The notes: generated by a model from the sequence alone, not told the origin. A DNA stretch of 64,000 bases from Cyanophora paradoxa CCMP329 (GCA_004431415.1 QPMI01000202.1:1-64000), one strand, 5' to 3'. Numbered from the stretch's first letter, positions 1 through 13,098 are shown. A program made the numbers and translations.

Positions 1-1634
1 GGGGGCGTAGTCCCGCCAGTTCGGGGCGCCCAGATACAAGGGGACCTGGGCGCCCCGGTGAGCGAGCGAGCGCCGCTTGGGCCGCGGCGGTGACCGGCCG
101 CACCGTCCCCGCGGTGTACCCCTCGTACAGCTTCTCGGTGACGTAGTCCGTGACGCGCGTGTTCTCGAAGGCGAGGTAGAACTTGTATGCCTGGGGCGCG
201 GGTCTCGGGGGCGGGTGCGGGATTCCGGGGCGTGGGTGCGGGCGCACGCTGAGGGTGATGACCTTCTCTGTGATGCGGCTGCCCTTGGCGCGCTGCCTCG
301 CCTCCTCCGGGATCTCCTGCGCTCCGCGGATCAGAGGCTGAGACGGGGGAGGCGAGGAGCTGCGCAGGGGCGCGGGGCGGGCCCTGTTGCGCTTGCACCC
401 GCCGAAGGAGTGCATGGAGACGCCGGCCGCCTCGAGCTCCTGCGCGCCGCCCCGCGTGCGCTCGAGCCTTGGCGTGGGCGCGGGCGGGGAAGGGCGCCGC
501 GGCGCGGGGCGCGCGCGCCTCGATGACGCGGAGGCGCTCGGGGGCGCAGTTGGAGACGAAGAAGGCCGCCATCGCCTCGGCGCCCTTCGGCTTGGGCGCG
601 TCGAAGATGCTGTAGTCCCACCACGAGACGTACGGGAACGGCACGTCGCTCCCCTGCGCCGCCCCCGCCCCCGTCCGCCCAGGCCCCAGGGGCGAGGGCC
701 GGCGAGGGCGCACCCGTTCGAGGCTCGAGAGGACATCCCACCCCGCGTCGCGGTACCCTGCCGCCCCGCCGGCCTCGGCCGAGGCCTGGCCCCGGCCGGC
801 GGTCCAAGGAGCGGGGTACTCACCCGCGACGGAGGCCTGGGGGTACGTCTCCGGGCTCTCCATCGACTGGACGACGTTCAGCTGCGAGGGGTACGGGACG
901 GATGAGGGGGGTGGGGGAGGGCAGGGGGGGATGGGAGGGGCCCCGCGCCTGGGCCTCGCACTCCTTGTCCCAGTCGCGGCTGAGGCGGTCGGGGGCGCGC
1001 CCCTTCTTCGCGTCCGCCACCGCCGCCGCCGCCGCGTCGTGCGTGTACGCGCACGGCACGTCGCACGGGATGTACTTCTGCGACGCGGGCGGGGGTAGGG
1101 GCGTCGGCGGCGCGGAAGGGGTACGGTGCTACGGAGGGCGCGGAACGCACCGTGTCGGTGGGGTAGCTGGTCCAGATGAGCACGGGGTCCCTGTCGAAGC
1201 TCCTCCCCTCGTTCTCGATGCAGCCCCCTTTCTCAATGCGGCCTCGGATGTACGCTTGGAGGTCCTGCGGGGGCTCCTCCCGAGTTTCGGGATCTGTGGC
1301 GGCGTCGGAAGGGACGGGCGAGGAGGCGCTGCCACGCTGGGCGAGAAAGACCGAGGAAGCTGAGCAGGGGGAAGCCAGTGTCGGGGTCCCGCGGCACGGG
1401 GCACACCGCCTCTGAGCCCGAGCTTCGCGCCCGGCGCCGCTCCGCCTCCTCTGTGGCGAACGGCGCGCTCGGCGCGGCGGGGACGTCCGCGGCAACGTTC
1501 GTCACAGAGGAGGCGGAGCGGCGCCGAGCGCGAAGCTCGGGCGAGTAAGCGTAGTGAGCTGCCACGAGGAGCAGCAGCCACGCGAGGTAGCTGCCTGTGA
1601 TGGCCCGCCTGAACGTCCTCAGCCGTAGCCGCAT
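1..1634 (-). CDS. Alpha-1,3-fucosyltransferase (GT10 family), multi-exon, 3' end runs off the window
   Basis: Minus-strand exon at ~120-190 reads YKFYLAFENTRVTDYVTEKLYEG (GT10 signature), followed by VPLYLGAPNWRDYAP at 1-50. N-terminal type II anchor (SYLAWLLLLVAAHYAY) after ATG 1634. Confidence 0.85.
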
Positions 1635-2492
1635 CGCTTCACAGCTATCACCCGCCTCACGGGCTCGCCGCTCGCTGCAGCTGCCGCCTCACGCGCTTGC
1701 CGCGCTTCGCGCCGGGGCGCTGCTGCAGCTGGCGGCGCTGGGGGTCCGCCTCATGATCAAGTGCGTCACCACTTCCACTTTCGGATCGGAGCGGCTCAGC
1801 GCAGCTTCCCTCGATCGCTACGTCGTTCGAAGCGGAAGCTGTGCCCGTACGCGTCGGCGCTAGCGCTCTATTTCGCTCAGATCGAATCCTGAGACGCGGG
1901 TCCCGCTCCCGGCGGGCCGCGTTTAGGAGAACGGCTTCCCCGAATCTTTCCCCCACCAGTAAGCGTGACTCAAACCCCATTTTCTCAACTTGTGCAACCT
2001 CAAGGCGGGGGTAAATCAATGTTTAGCAATGGCCCCCGGAGCTTAAAGCGATCGGGGCCGTACATACGCGTGAGCTTGCAACTTGCAAGGCTATCCGCAG
2101 CAGCTCTCGATCGTGCGCCCTCGCCGCCACGTAGGAAGGCCGCCCAGCCTCGCCCGCATAAGCCGAACAGCGCCAGCACGTTTCGCCGCGAGCGGCGGCG
2201 CCAGATTTGTAGGGAACGAGATCCAGCCCGCAAGCTCTCCGCAACTTAGCTGAGTCATTGGGGGAGGGACGCATCCAAAAGGTGTGCTGGGCGCTGGGAT
2301 GGTTCGGCCGTGGCCTCTGGGCTGACGCGATGCCCGGGGGAGGGACCAGCTCCTCCTGCGCTGCGCGCCCGCGGCCTGTCTGCGGCTGCCAGTAGCACCT
2401 AGACAGCTCCCATGAAGCGGAGGGTGCGCGCGTCCGCCCCGCCCGCGGCGCCCGCGGCGCCCGCTATCGGACCGACCCTTTTCGGCTGAGCT

Positions 2493-5400
2493 ATGGGACC
2501 CTCTTCAGGACCGCTCAAGCGCCTACGGCCCCGGCGGCGCGGAGAGCGATGGGGGCGGCAGCAAGACGCTGACATCGCGCCGGGCCTCGCAGCACAGGGG
2601 TTCGCTCGCCCCGGGCCCCTCCGCGCCGTGGGGTCGCCACGTGACGCCGGGGCGCCCCAGGGTCTGTGGCGCGCATAGGAAATGGCGACATCTTCGCGGG
2701 GAGCGAGCTCACGAAGAAGCGTCGCGTTGGTTCGTGCCGGCTAGGCCGCCCCGCCCCCGGCCCTCAACCGGCCTGCGTGCGCAGAGGCCCTCCTCTTCCC
2801 CGTCTTCTACGCGCTGTGCGAGGTGCCGCCCGCCCCGCCCTCGCACGCCGGCGCGCCCCCGGCGCAATGGGCGTGGCGGCACTGACGGGGCCGGGCGGCG
2901 GGCGGGGCGCAGAAAGAGCGTGAGAAGTCTAGCTTCGAGAAGATGGTCGGGCCGGTGCGCACGCGGCGTCGCGCCTGAGTGTGGTTCGCGGCCGGCCGAG
3001 CGGCCGACCTCGCCGGCGCGCGCCGCCGCAGCTCCTCTGGCTGCCCGACGTCTTCCAGCTGCTGGCGCTCTGCATCCAGGGGAGCCACACCTGGCACCAC
3101 TCCGCCGTCCGCTGGAGTGCGCTCCCGCCCCGCCCCGCCCCGCCTCCCCCCGGGCTTCCCCGCCGAGCGCGCCCGGCCGCAGTCGACGTGCTCGGTAACT
3201 TCAGCACCATCATCACCGACTCGATGGGCTCCGCCGGTGCGCCCCGCCGGGGCCGGGGCTTGTGGCGCGCGGGAGGCGACCCGCGGGGGCAGGCTTCAGC
3301 GCGCTCTTCTGGCTGTCGAACGCACTGGTGCTGATGGCCCTCCTCGACACGATCTTCGTCGCCTTCCTCTTCAAGGTGGCCCGCAGCCCCCGCCCGCCCC
3401 CGCCCCGCCCCGCCCCGCCTGACGCCGCCCCGCCCCGCGCGCCCCGCAGCGGCAGATCTACACCATGCTCTGGCCCGTCAAGGCCCTGCGGCTGCTCACG
3501 GGAACCAGTGCGCCCCTCCCTGTCCCCTCCCGTCTCCAACTCGAGCGGGGCCGGGGCCGACCGCGCCGGCCCCTCCCCGCAGTCGTGACGGCCTTCTTCA
3601 TCCCCGTGCTCTCGTTCCTCCTCGTGGGCCCGCAGTGCGCGGTGCAGGCGCCGGACCTGCGGCGCGCCCTCGCCGGGGGCGACGCCCTGGACTGCCTCTC
3701 CTTCCCCCTCATCATCATGAACGCCGTCTCCGCCCTCTTCCTCCTCCCCTTCCTCGCCTTCGGCCTGGTCGTGTCGCTCCTCTACTACAACTACGACTGG
3801 AAGAGGCGCGCCTCCGCCGCCGGCGCCCCCGCCCGCGCCCGCGGCGGCGCTGAGGCGGGCGCAGCGGGGACCTGGTGGCGCAGGCGCACGGGCGCATCGA
3901 GGGGGTCTTCACCGCCGCCAGGGCCTTCCTCGTCATCCTCGCCGCCCTCGTCCCCCCGGACAGCTTCTGGGTCCCCTTCGCCCTCCTCGTCGTCACCGCC
4001 GGCCTCTCCCTCGCCTACGCCCTCTTCCTCCCGTCCGCCCCCGCCTCCCGCCACCTCCGCCGGCACCGACGGCCGAGGCGGCCGCGCAGGTACTACAAGT
4101 ACCGGGTGAACGCGTTCCGGTCGGGCCTGATGTCGGCGACCTCGTTCTTCGCCCTCGCGACCCTCATCCTCTCCGCGCTCCCCGAGGAGGCGTCCGACGG
4201 GGCCCGCCTGGGCGCCAGCGTCGTCCTCCTGCTCCTCTCCGCCGCCGCCTTCTTCGCGGGGCCGGCGGTGACGCGGTGGCGCTACCGGCGGCTGCAGCGG
4301 GCGAGGGAGAGCCCGCTGGTGCGCATGCAGACGGAGATCGCGGCGCAGGGCGGCCCGGGGACGTTCAGCCCGGCGGGGGGGAGGCGCGGGGCGAGCCCCC
4401 TCTCCTCCGTCGTCATCCACTCGGGCAGCGCCCAGAACCTCGACGCCGCCGCCGCCGCCGCCGCCGCCGCTGCCGTCGACGACGCCGTGCGCCTTGCCAC
4501 CCTTGGCCCCGCCCCGCCGCCCCCGGCTGCTGAGGGCGGCGGCGACGGCAGGAGGAGGGGGCGGGGCAGGGGCGGGTGCAGGGGCGGGTGCGGAGCGTGC
4601 TCTCCGCGTCGAGCTCCGTGAGCCCCGCGCCGAACGCCGCGGTGACGAGCCGCGGACGGATCTTCTGGTTCGAGACCGACGTCGAGATCGCCACGCGCTT
4701 CGTGCACGAGAAGGACAACCTGGGGAAGCGGGGCGCGGCGGCGGAGGGCGAGGCGCCGGCGGAGAAGCTGTTCGCGGAGGCGGAGGGTGTCTTCGCGGAG
4801 GGGGCGCGCCAGTTCGGCGGGGCGAGCGCCTTCATCAGCCTCGCCCGCATCATCTACCTCCAGTCCCTGAGCGCCAACGAGAGCCAGATGATGTTCGAGT
4901 GGAAAAAATTCGGGAGCTTGAAGCCTCGCTTTGATCATCGATTCATGGCGTATCAGGTAACGTGTACCGGCGTGTCCGGATCCAGCTATCCAGCTAACGT
5001 GTACCGGCGCCCGATATCTCAGCTGCGCAACGACCAGGCGCACATGTCGCAGGGGCACGAGGCCGGCGCCCGCGGGCAGCGGATGAACATCGTCCAGGTG
5101 CGCGGGGGCGGCCTCGGGCGGGGGGCGCCCGGGCCGGCCTCACGGGCGGTGGCGCAGATGATGGAGTTCGCGCGAGACATGCGCGTCGCCATCAAGAGCC
5201 ACAACGAGGCGGTCCGACCGCTCCTCGCCTCTGCCCCCTCCCCTCCCCTCTCCTGCTCCCCGCACTGAGCGCCCCGCCTCCGCAGCTCAAGCTCCTCCGC
5301 AGCTTCTACATGTGGGCCTACAAGCAGAAGTGCGGCCGGCGACGGCGCCGGCGCCCCCGGCTGGGCCCCGCGCCCTGACCCCCGCCCCCGCAGGTACAAG

Positions 5401-8400
5401 GACTCGGAGTCGGCCGGCCGCCGCCTCGACGCCATCGACAAGGCCAAGGTCCGCCCCCGGCCCGCCACCCGCAGGCCCCGTGGCGCCCCCCCGAGCGTGC
5501 GCAGCGGCGCGCCTCGACCGTGTACAGCAAGCTGCTCGAGCAGTTCCCCACCTCGGCGCCCCTCCTCCGCAACTACGGTCCGCCCGGCCCCCGCCCGGCC
5601 CCCGAGCCGCGAGCCGGGCCGACGCTTTCGCCGCAGCGGTGTACGTGCGGGACATCGAGAACGACGAGGACTACGCCAACTCGTTCTTCTCCCAGGCCCG
5701 CCCCCGCGCCCCGCGCACCCCGCCCCGCCCCGCCCGCTGAGCCGGCGGGGGGCGCGCAGGCGGACTACATCGAGGAGCAGAACGCGCGGGCGGCCGGCGT
5801 GGACGGGGAGACGGCGAGCGGGCGGGACAGCTCGGCGGCGGGGGACTCGAGCAGCGCGGGGGGCAGCAGCGCGAGCGGGCGGCGGCGGAACACGGCGGCG
5901 GCGCCACGGGTGAAGAAGAACCGGGCGGTGCGGACGCTCTTCTTCATCATCGCGATCTGCACGGTGGTGCTCGTCGCGGAGCCCATCATCTTCTTCATCG
6001 TCTCCCAGGAGCTCTTCAAGATGTACGACGCCAGGTGACCCCGCCCGCCCCCCGCCCCGCGCCCCCGCCCCGCCCCTCGCCGAGCCCCGCGGGCAGCATC
6101 GTCGACCTGAACAACGCGGGGCTGCGCCGCAAGCTCTCCCAGGACGTCCTCTACTTCACCCGCTCCGCCCAGGCCCGCCCCCGCCCCGGCCCCCCCGCCC
6201 GCCCCCGCTGACGGCGCCCCCGCAGATGGCCGCCGCGATGAACGACACGACCGCCTACGCCGCCGCCGCCGCCTCCCTCAAGAAGCGCGCCCTCGCCCCG
6301 GCCCGCCCTCCCCCGCCCGCCCCCGCTGACCCCCGCCCAGGTTCTCGGGCGACCTGAAGCGCATCCACGAGAACCTCTACACCAAGGCCGCCAACCTCTG
6401 GTGGTCCCCCACCATCTGGCGCAAGCCCGGTCCGCCCCCCCGCCTGCCCCGCTGAGCGTCTCTCTCCAGCCCGCTCGCCAGCGCGCGAGCTGCTCTCGCC
6501 TCGCCTCTGCTTACGCTCGCGCTGCGGCGGGCAGTGTGGAGCGCGTTCCGGCTGGTGTCGACGGCGCCGGAGCCGGCGACGGTGGTCGTGGACAAGCTCT
6601 CCGCCCTCGACCTCGTCGAGCAGTACGCCGCCTACGCCACCCTCCTCGGCAGCGGTCCGCCCCCGCGCCCCCGAGCCGGCCCCGGACCCGCCCCGAAGCC
6701 CGCTCCGTGCAGGCCCCATCACCCAGTTCAACGGCGACTGGAGCACGCAGAACGCGGGTGATTTGCAGAGCTCCTGTTGTCAGAGTAGACGATCTTGACG
6801 CTTTCGGCAGCGTTCCGGTACATCCTGGACAACGGGCCGACCTCGGTCATCCCGGCGCTGAACGTGAACTGCCGCGCCTACGAGGACGAGATGTTCACCA
6901 CCGCCTACGAGCGCCAGATGATCGTGCGTGCCGCGCCCAAGGCCCTCCCTCTCGCCCGCCTCACGCGCCCCGCGGCAGCTGCTCGCGCTCTTCCTGTTCG
7001 AGGTGCTGACGATCGTGGCGCTGGCCTTCTTCGCCCTCCGCCCCGACGCCATGTTCAAGCGGTGCGCCCCGCCCCGCCTCAGCGAGCCGGGCGCCCCGCG
7101 CCCCCCCGCCCCGCCTGAGCGCCCCGCCAGGATCCGGGAGGCCTCGCTGGGGGCGCAGGACGTGCTCCACAAAGTGCCCCGCCGCTCTATGCGCCGCGTC
7201 TAGTGCGCCCCGCCCCGCGAGCCCCCGCCCCGCCTCCCCCTCGGCGGCTGAGGCGGCGGCAGCTACATCTATAAGGGGCGCGACTACATCGAGAGCGACG
7301 ACGAGGAGGACGAGCAGGCGCTGCCCAAGGGGGCCGAGGGGGCGGCGGCCGGCAAGGCGACGGTGACGAGCGTGGCGGTGGCGGGGAGCGACCACGAGCA
7401 CGAGCACGACGGCTCGGGCGGCGAGACTGACCGCCACGCCGCCCCCGCCCACGCCGTCTGCCCCCTCCGCCCGCCCGCCCCCTCCCGGCGCCCCGCGGGG
7501 CCCGAGGCGGGGCGGCAGGTGACGAACGTGACGCTGGCGCGGCGGGCCTCGGAGGAGGCGACCAACTCGGACTCGGAGGTCGGCTCGGACGCCAGCGCCG
7601 GCCACCACGGCCACGCCCACCACGCCCACCACAGTGCGCCCCGCCCCGCCCCGCCCCTCCCCGGGCCGCCCGCCTGAGGCGCCAGCGGCAGAGGCGCGGC
7701 GGCAGTCGCCGGCCGGCCACCGCGGGGCCGCGGGGCCGTCGGCGCTGAAGCGGGTGGTGGAGGCGGGGGCGGAGGCGGACGGGGAGACGCTGCGGCGGTT
7801 CCTGACGGAGGGGGAGGGCGTGTCGGCGCTGCCCCTCTCCGAGCTCCCCGGCGTCGTCGCCCTCGAGGTGCCCCCGTCCCCCGCAGAGGGGCGCGCCAGA
7901 GGAGGAGCGCGGCCGCGCCTCGGCCCGCTTGCGCCGCTCGCTGACGCGGGGGGCGGCAGCCGGGGTCGTCGCCGTCGAGCTTCGAGGCGGTGAAGCCGGC
8001 GGCGGGGGAGCTGGGGGGCCCCGAGGTCGACGACCTCGAGCTCGGCGCCGACGCCGACGCCGTCATCTCCATCGCCCCCGTCCACCCCGCCGGGGCCGGG
8101 GCCGGGGCCGGCGGCGACGGCTGGCCCTGGGCCCAGCAGCGCGGCGCCGCCGGGGCGGCCGGGGAGGGGCAGCGGGCGTTCACGAGCCCCGCGGGGCGGG
8201 GCCCGAGCGGCAGCCGGGGCAGCTTCGGGAAGCGGCTCGTCTCCGGGGAGAAGCACCACGGGCACGGGCACGGGCACGGGCACCACGGCAAGCACGAGCA
8301 CCACGCCAGCGGCCTCCACGGCCAGGTCCGCCCCGCCCGAGCCCCGCGGGGGGGGCGGCGGCCCGCCCCGCGCCCTACCCGGCCCTACCCCGGCCCTCGC

Positions 8401-9335
8401 CGTGACCGCGCTCTGGCCGCCGCAGGAGGCGTCGGCGGCGGTGGCGCAGCTGCTGCGGGCGAACCCGCAGCTGCGGGGCGGCCTCGACGTCGACTCGCCC
8501 AACGACAGCCAGCACGGCGGCCACCGGCGCATCTCCTTCAGCGCCCACGCCCAGCAGTTCACCATGCCGGCCCCGCCCCCCAAGAGCACCCTCGCCGTCC
8601 GCCCGCCCCGCCTCCTGCGAGCGCGTCCGCCCGACGCCGCCCCCCCGCGCCCAGGCGATCGAGGACATCGACGCGGCGCCCAACCGCGAGCCCGTCGGCG
8701 CAGCGGCGGCCGCCATGGAGCAGGCCGCGGCCGGCCACAGCGGGGCGGGGGCGGGGGCGGGGGCGCGGGGCCGCACGTCGGGGGCCCGCCGGCGCGGCGC
8801 TCGGGGATCCTGCGGCGCTTCTTCTGGCGCTACATCTTTGCCTTCACCCTCGTCGGCCTCATGTGCGCCCGCCCCCCCGGCCCCCGGCGCCCCCTCGCAG
8901 CGGGCTCGCCGGCCGACGCGCTCGCCGGCGCAGCGCGATGGCCAACTTCCTGACCTGCTTCCTCGCCATCCAAGTCGGCAAGTACATCTCCTCCGAGATC
9001 AACACCGGCGGCCGCCGCCGCTACACCGCCCGCGAGGCCCGCCGCCCCCCGCCCCGTCCCCCCCCCCCCCCCCCCCCCCCTGAGGCCGGCGCAGGTCTCG
9101 TTCTTCGCGCGGGAGCTGGCGCTGGCGGACGGGGCGTTCATGCCGAAGCCGCTCATCGCGTGGCGCCTGCAGTCCGACCTCGCCTTCCTCCGCAAGATCC
9201 ACGAGGGCCTCAAGGCGCGCCCCGCCCGCCCCGCCCTCAGCGCCTCGCACCGCTCACGCGTGGGGGGCGCAGTACGGGGACAAGGACTTCAACACGCCGG
9301 GCAGCTCCCTCCGCTACCAGGTCCACCTTCCCGCC

Positions 9336-9366
<31 letters not shown>

Positions 9367-10391
9367 ACCCCACCCCCCTTCTCACGGCGGGGGCAGCCGA
9401 TGGAGGACCTCTTCTACAAGCCCGGCTGCATCCTCCTCGACCAGAAGCTCTGCGCCAACCGCCAGAGCGTCGACCCCGCCCGCACCGGCATCGTCCGCCA
9501 CACGCCGAGCCCCCGCTCCTCCTCCGCCCCCGCCTCACCTCACCGCCCCCCGCAGGGCTTCGACCCGCTCGTCTACTTCTTCCTCGAGCAGGCCGACAGG
9601 GTCCTCAACACCTTCTGGTACTCCTCCCCCGACTTCGTGCCCCCGCCGGCGGAGTACAAGGCGAACCCCTGCCTCAACCTCTTCGACTCGGAGCGCTGCT
9701 CCTACGAGCACAACCCGGCGCGCCTCCCCGACGAGGCCGCCGCCGTCGCCGCCGAGCGCGGCCTGCCCATCCGGGGCTACCACGGGCGGCGGGCGCGGCC
9801 CGGGGTGAAGTACAGCACGGCGGCGCTGGCGGCGGCCAGCCCCGCCCTCGCCTTCGTCATGGAGCAGACCCAGCCGAGCGGCGGGTGAGGGCCCCGCCCG
9901 CCCCCGCCCCCCCTTGGCATCCCCCCTCGACCCCTGAGCCCGGCGCGTGCGGCGCAGCGACTTCTTCGACGGGACGCAGCGGGCGCTGAACCTCTACTTC
10001 GAGGAGCACGTGCGCGCCTCCCCCGCCCCCGCCCCTTCCCCCTGCATCCATCTGACACGCCCGCGCGCCGCTCAGATGGCGCGGCTGAACGCAGTGTCGG
10101 TGGCCCAGGTACATTCAAAACCCTTTCGTTCGGAAAGCTGGCGTTGAATTGACGGGACTGGTTCCGTGCAAGGTGGCGTTCCTGGTGGCGCACCTGGGGC
10201 TGCTGCTGGCGATCACCGTGCTGCTCTTCCGCCCCATGCTCCTCCACCTGAAGCGCGAGTCGGGGCGCCTGGGGCAGCTCCTCTCCACCGTGCCCCCCGA
10301 GGTCGCCACCGACGACAAGTTCTTCGCCCCCTACTTCGCCAAGCACGAGGAGAGCGACGGGGAGGACGGGGAGGAGCACGAGCACGCCTGA
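2493..10391 (+). CDS. Large multi-pass membrane protein, TmcB (tiny macrocysts)-like, many exons; start uncertain
   Basis: N-terminal TM bundle (3.0-4.3 kb), FWFETDVEIATRF, TPR-like helical segment YSKLLEQFPTSAPLLRNY..YVRDIENDEDYANSFFSQADYIEE, further TM pairs, INTGGRRR, terminal TM then LKRESGRLGQLLSTVPPEV, TGA at 10391. No PAS domain recognised. Family call is from recalled motifs. Confidence 0.6.
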
Positions 10392-11113
10392 GGCGCACAC
10401 CGCCCGCCCCCGCCTCCCGCCAGCGCCTTCACATAATTAACCAGCTATCATAATCTAGCGTCCTCCGCGCATATCTACTTATGTTCAGCGCATATCCAGT
10501 TCTAGTCTGTTCTAGATAAGCCTCTGTGGTTTCCCGGCGCTGGTCGCGAAACTTGCTGCAGTTTTTCGCATTGCAGTCACAATCACTTCGTTATCCTGAG
10601 AGTAACTGTGTTCATGATTTTCATATTAATTAGCATAGTAGGATGTGAGAGCATGGAAGGTATACGTAGGATCATTCATTGAATATTGTATCGGTCAGAT
10701 TGTTAGTATTGTTTCTGTTCAGATATTGCGCCCACACGTGGTTTCCAAGCGGTTTTCATCACGAACTTCCACTTTGCAGGGGAGACTCTGAGAAGCATCA
10801 TTAGTGTACAAATATCAATAGCTGCAAGACTGGTCTGGGTCCCATAATGTGTTCTCGAACCTCACACGTAAATATGGCACACGTACTGATGACGTAGCGC
10901 GTGATTTGTAGTTGTGCAATCAACCTGATCACGACGACCTAAGCCTTTTGAAGGACGGCCCCGCCGTGCCGAAATGCACCTGGCAATTTCGATTTGGGCG
11001 CTGGCTCCTTACACCCTGCCGGCTCGCGATCGCCGAGTCGCCAACGTTAACGTTAACGTTGACAGATGCTCTGCAGGCTGGTGCACGCAATAAGCTTAAG
11101 ACGCATAGCCTAG

Positions 11114-11274
11114 TCGAACCTATGTGAGCGTCAGCGTAGCATAGGGCAGTGTATGGCTGCCAAATAAAGGCAGCCTTGCTTACGCACATATGTACAAGGG
11201 GCGCACTTACAAGTTATAAGTGCGCCCCTGGGGTACAAGCCTCAGTCTTGCTTCGCAGCCAAGGCCTCTAAGCT
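11114..11274 (+). repeat. Split direct repeat A1 (left terminus, 161 bp)
   Basis: TCGAACCTATGTGAGC...GGCCTCTAAGCT, identical by eye to 13160-13320. Confidence 0.95.
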
Positions 11275-11280
11275 GAGGTC

Positions 11281-12367
11281 ATGGCTCGCTCGCGGAGGAG
11301 CCCATCGTGGGCCCCTCTGTTCGTAGTCGTCTTGACCATCATTCTGCTCGTCGCCTGTGCCGAGGCGGCGCAGAAACGCAAGTCAACGGCCACTGGTGCG
11401 CGCAAGTCGGCCAAACCCAAGACGGCGACGACCCCGCGCCCCAGGCCCGGAGGTCGTCATCTCGTCTTCAAGCTCCGGCCAACGACAGTGCGGAGGAGGA
11501 GCAGCCTGCACCTCCGCCGACGCGATCTCGCAAAGGCAAGGAGAAAGCCGTGTCGCCGGATCCGGACCAGCAGCAGTCCGACCCAGAAGATGAACCTGAG
11601 GACGACGTTGCCGTTAGACTGGCACAGCGTGAGCAGTTCGGTGGCGCCTACGACGAGGAAGAGCAAGTGGCTGCGCGCAACTTTCCGAACTTGGCGCAAG
11701 TGGATCCGGGCGCGGCTGGCCCGTCAACCGGCTTCACCCGTCACCTTCAAGGCCCTTATGCTGTACCCGCTGGCAACTCGACTGCCCCAACGTCGACCAA
11801 ACCGGCAGCGGGTGCGCTTCCGCCAGCGTGGGCTGAGCTACTTCAGCGTGGGATAGATAGCGCGGTCATCAAGCTTCAAGAGCAGCAGCAGCAGCAGCTC
11901 GGCGAGCAGCAGAAAGACAACCATGAGGCTATGCAGCTCAAAAACCCGTGGCTTCGTGAGCTTGCCCTGCAGCTATCGCAGCTTAAGTTTCAGCTCAAGA
12001 GATGCTCTTCGTGCACTGCGTGCTACGATCACGTAAAGCAGAGCCTCAAAATCCTCGACGAGCTCCGGAAGCGGATCGACATTCGCGACAAGGGCGGCGA
12101 CAAGCTTGCCGAGCGGCTGGCAGGTGTGCCAGAGGAGTATCGGGGCACGGCTGCGGCGCTGGCGCACGCGCTCAACATTGCTGGCCCGGAGGCCGCCGGC
12201 GGGCGCCCGTATGTGCAGCACGCCAACCCGCGGCCCCAGCACCAGGGCCGCGATCGCCCGCCGTCGCAGCGCAACAGCGGGATGTGTTTCCGCTGCAACA
12301 AGCCCGGGCATGTCGTGAAGGATTGCCCGAACGAGCCGCGCCCCGGCTGGCGCGACCCCCCAAGTAG
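11281..12367 (+). CDS. gag: Gag-like ORF1 with C-terminal CCHC zinc knuckle and N-terminal hydrophobic signal-like segment
   Basis: CFRCNKPGHVVKDC knuckle and a Q-rich coiled coil. Joining the ATG 11281 frame to the knuckle frame needs one extra C in the run at ~11432-11435. The TAG at 12367 needs one extra C at ~12356-12361; otherwise the ORF ends at 12461. Confidence 0.75.
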
Positions 12368-13098
12368 ACGTGCGCGCCCTTGTGTGGACGCGCAGTTTTC
12401 GTTTCGCATTTCGCTAGATACTAGTGTTTCGGTGTGTTCTTGCAAGCATAAGTATTGCTAGCATATGCAAGTGCAGTCTTCAGAAGATCTAGAGTGTGCG
12501 TGTATGCTTCCCTAAACATGCAATACATGTATTATGCTTCCATTTCATGTGATGGTGTACATGTGGCCGGGTGCGGCATTGTGGCCGGGTGCGGCATAGT
12601 CATTACCAGCCGTGGTGGCGCCGGCGTGCTGTGGCTTTATGCATTGGTCCTGTGTGCATTTGCATGTGTTAACACTGTGAAGTGTGACTGTGATTGTAGT
12701 CTACTTTTCTTTCAATGCTAGTGGCATATATTGCCGTCTGGATGACTCCAACCTGGCAGAGCCCCAGCTGACTCCCGGCAACTGACCTGTTTCCAGCACA
12801 GGTCAGGAGTGCTGCTGGCTGTCGAGCTCCTGGCCCCCTCCGGCCTTCCCGTGTGTCGCTATCGCATACTGGGCGCTCTGAAATTAACCTAGTGCATTTT
12901 GCAGGTGAGGAGTACACAAGGGTACGAAGATTCCATGATGCCAACTGTTCCCGCTGATATCGCAGGTTGGCGCATTCATCCAGAAAGTCCATGCCTGTGC
13001 AAATGTGTTGTGGCACTGTGGGTGCATTGTGGCACTGTGTGTGCATGTGAGCTCAAGACTTGAACCAACAAGCACATTGACACGCTCACTCTTATATT

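Noticed and set aside
10440-11113. AT-richer block as part of the retrotransposon or a gene; includes the palindrome AACGTTAACGTTAACGTT
   Set aside because: It lies outside repeat A1, has no credible ORF, and resembles other intergenic gaps (49.4-50.0 kb, 57.1-57.6 kb).
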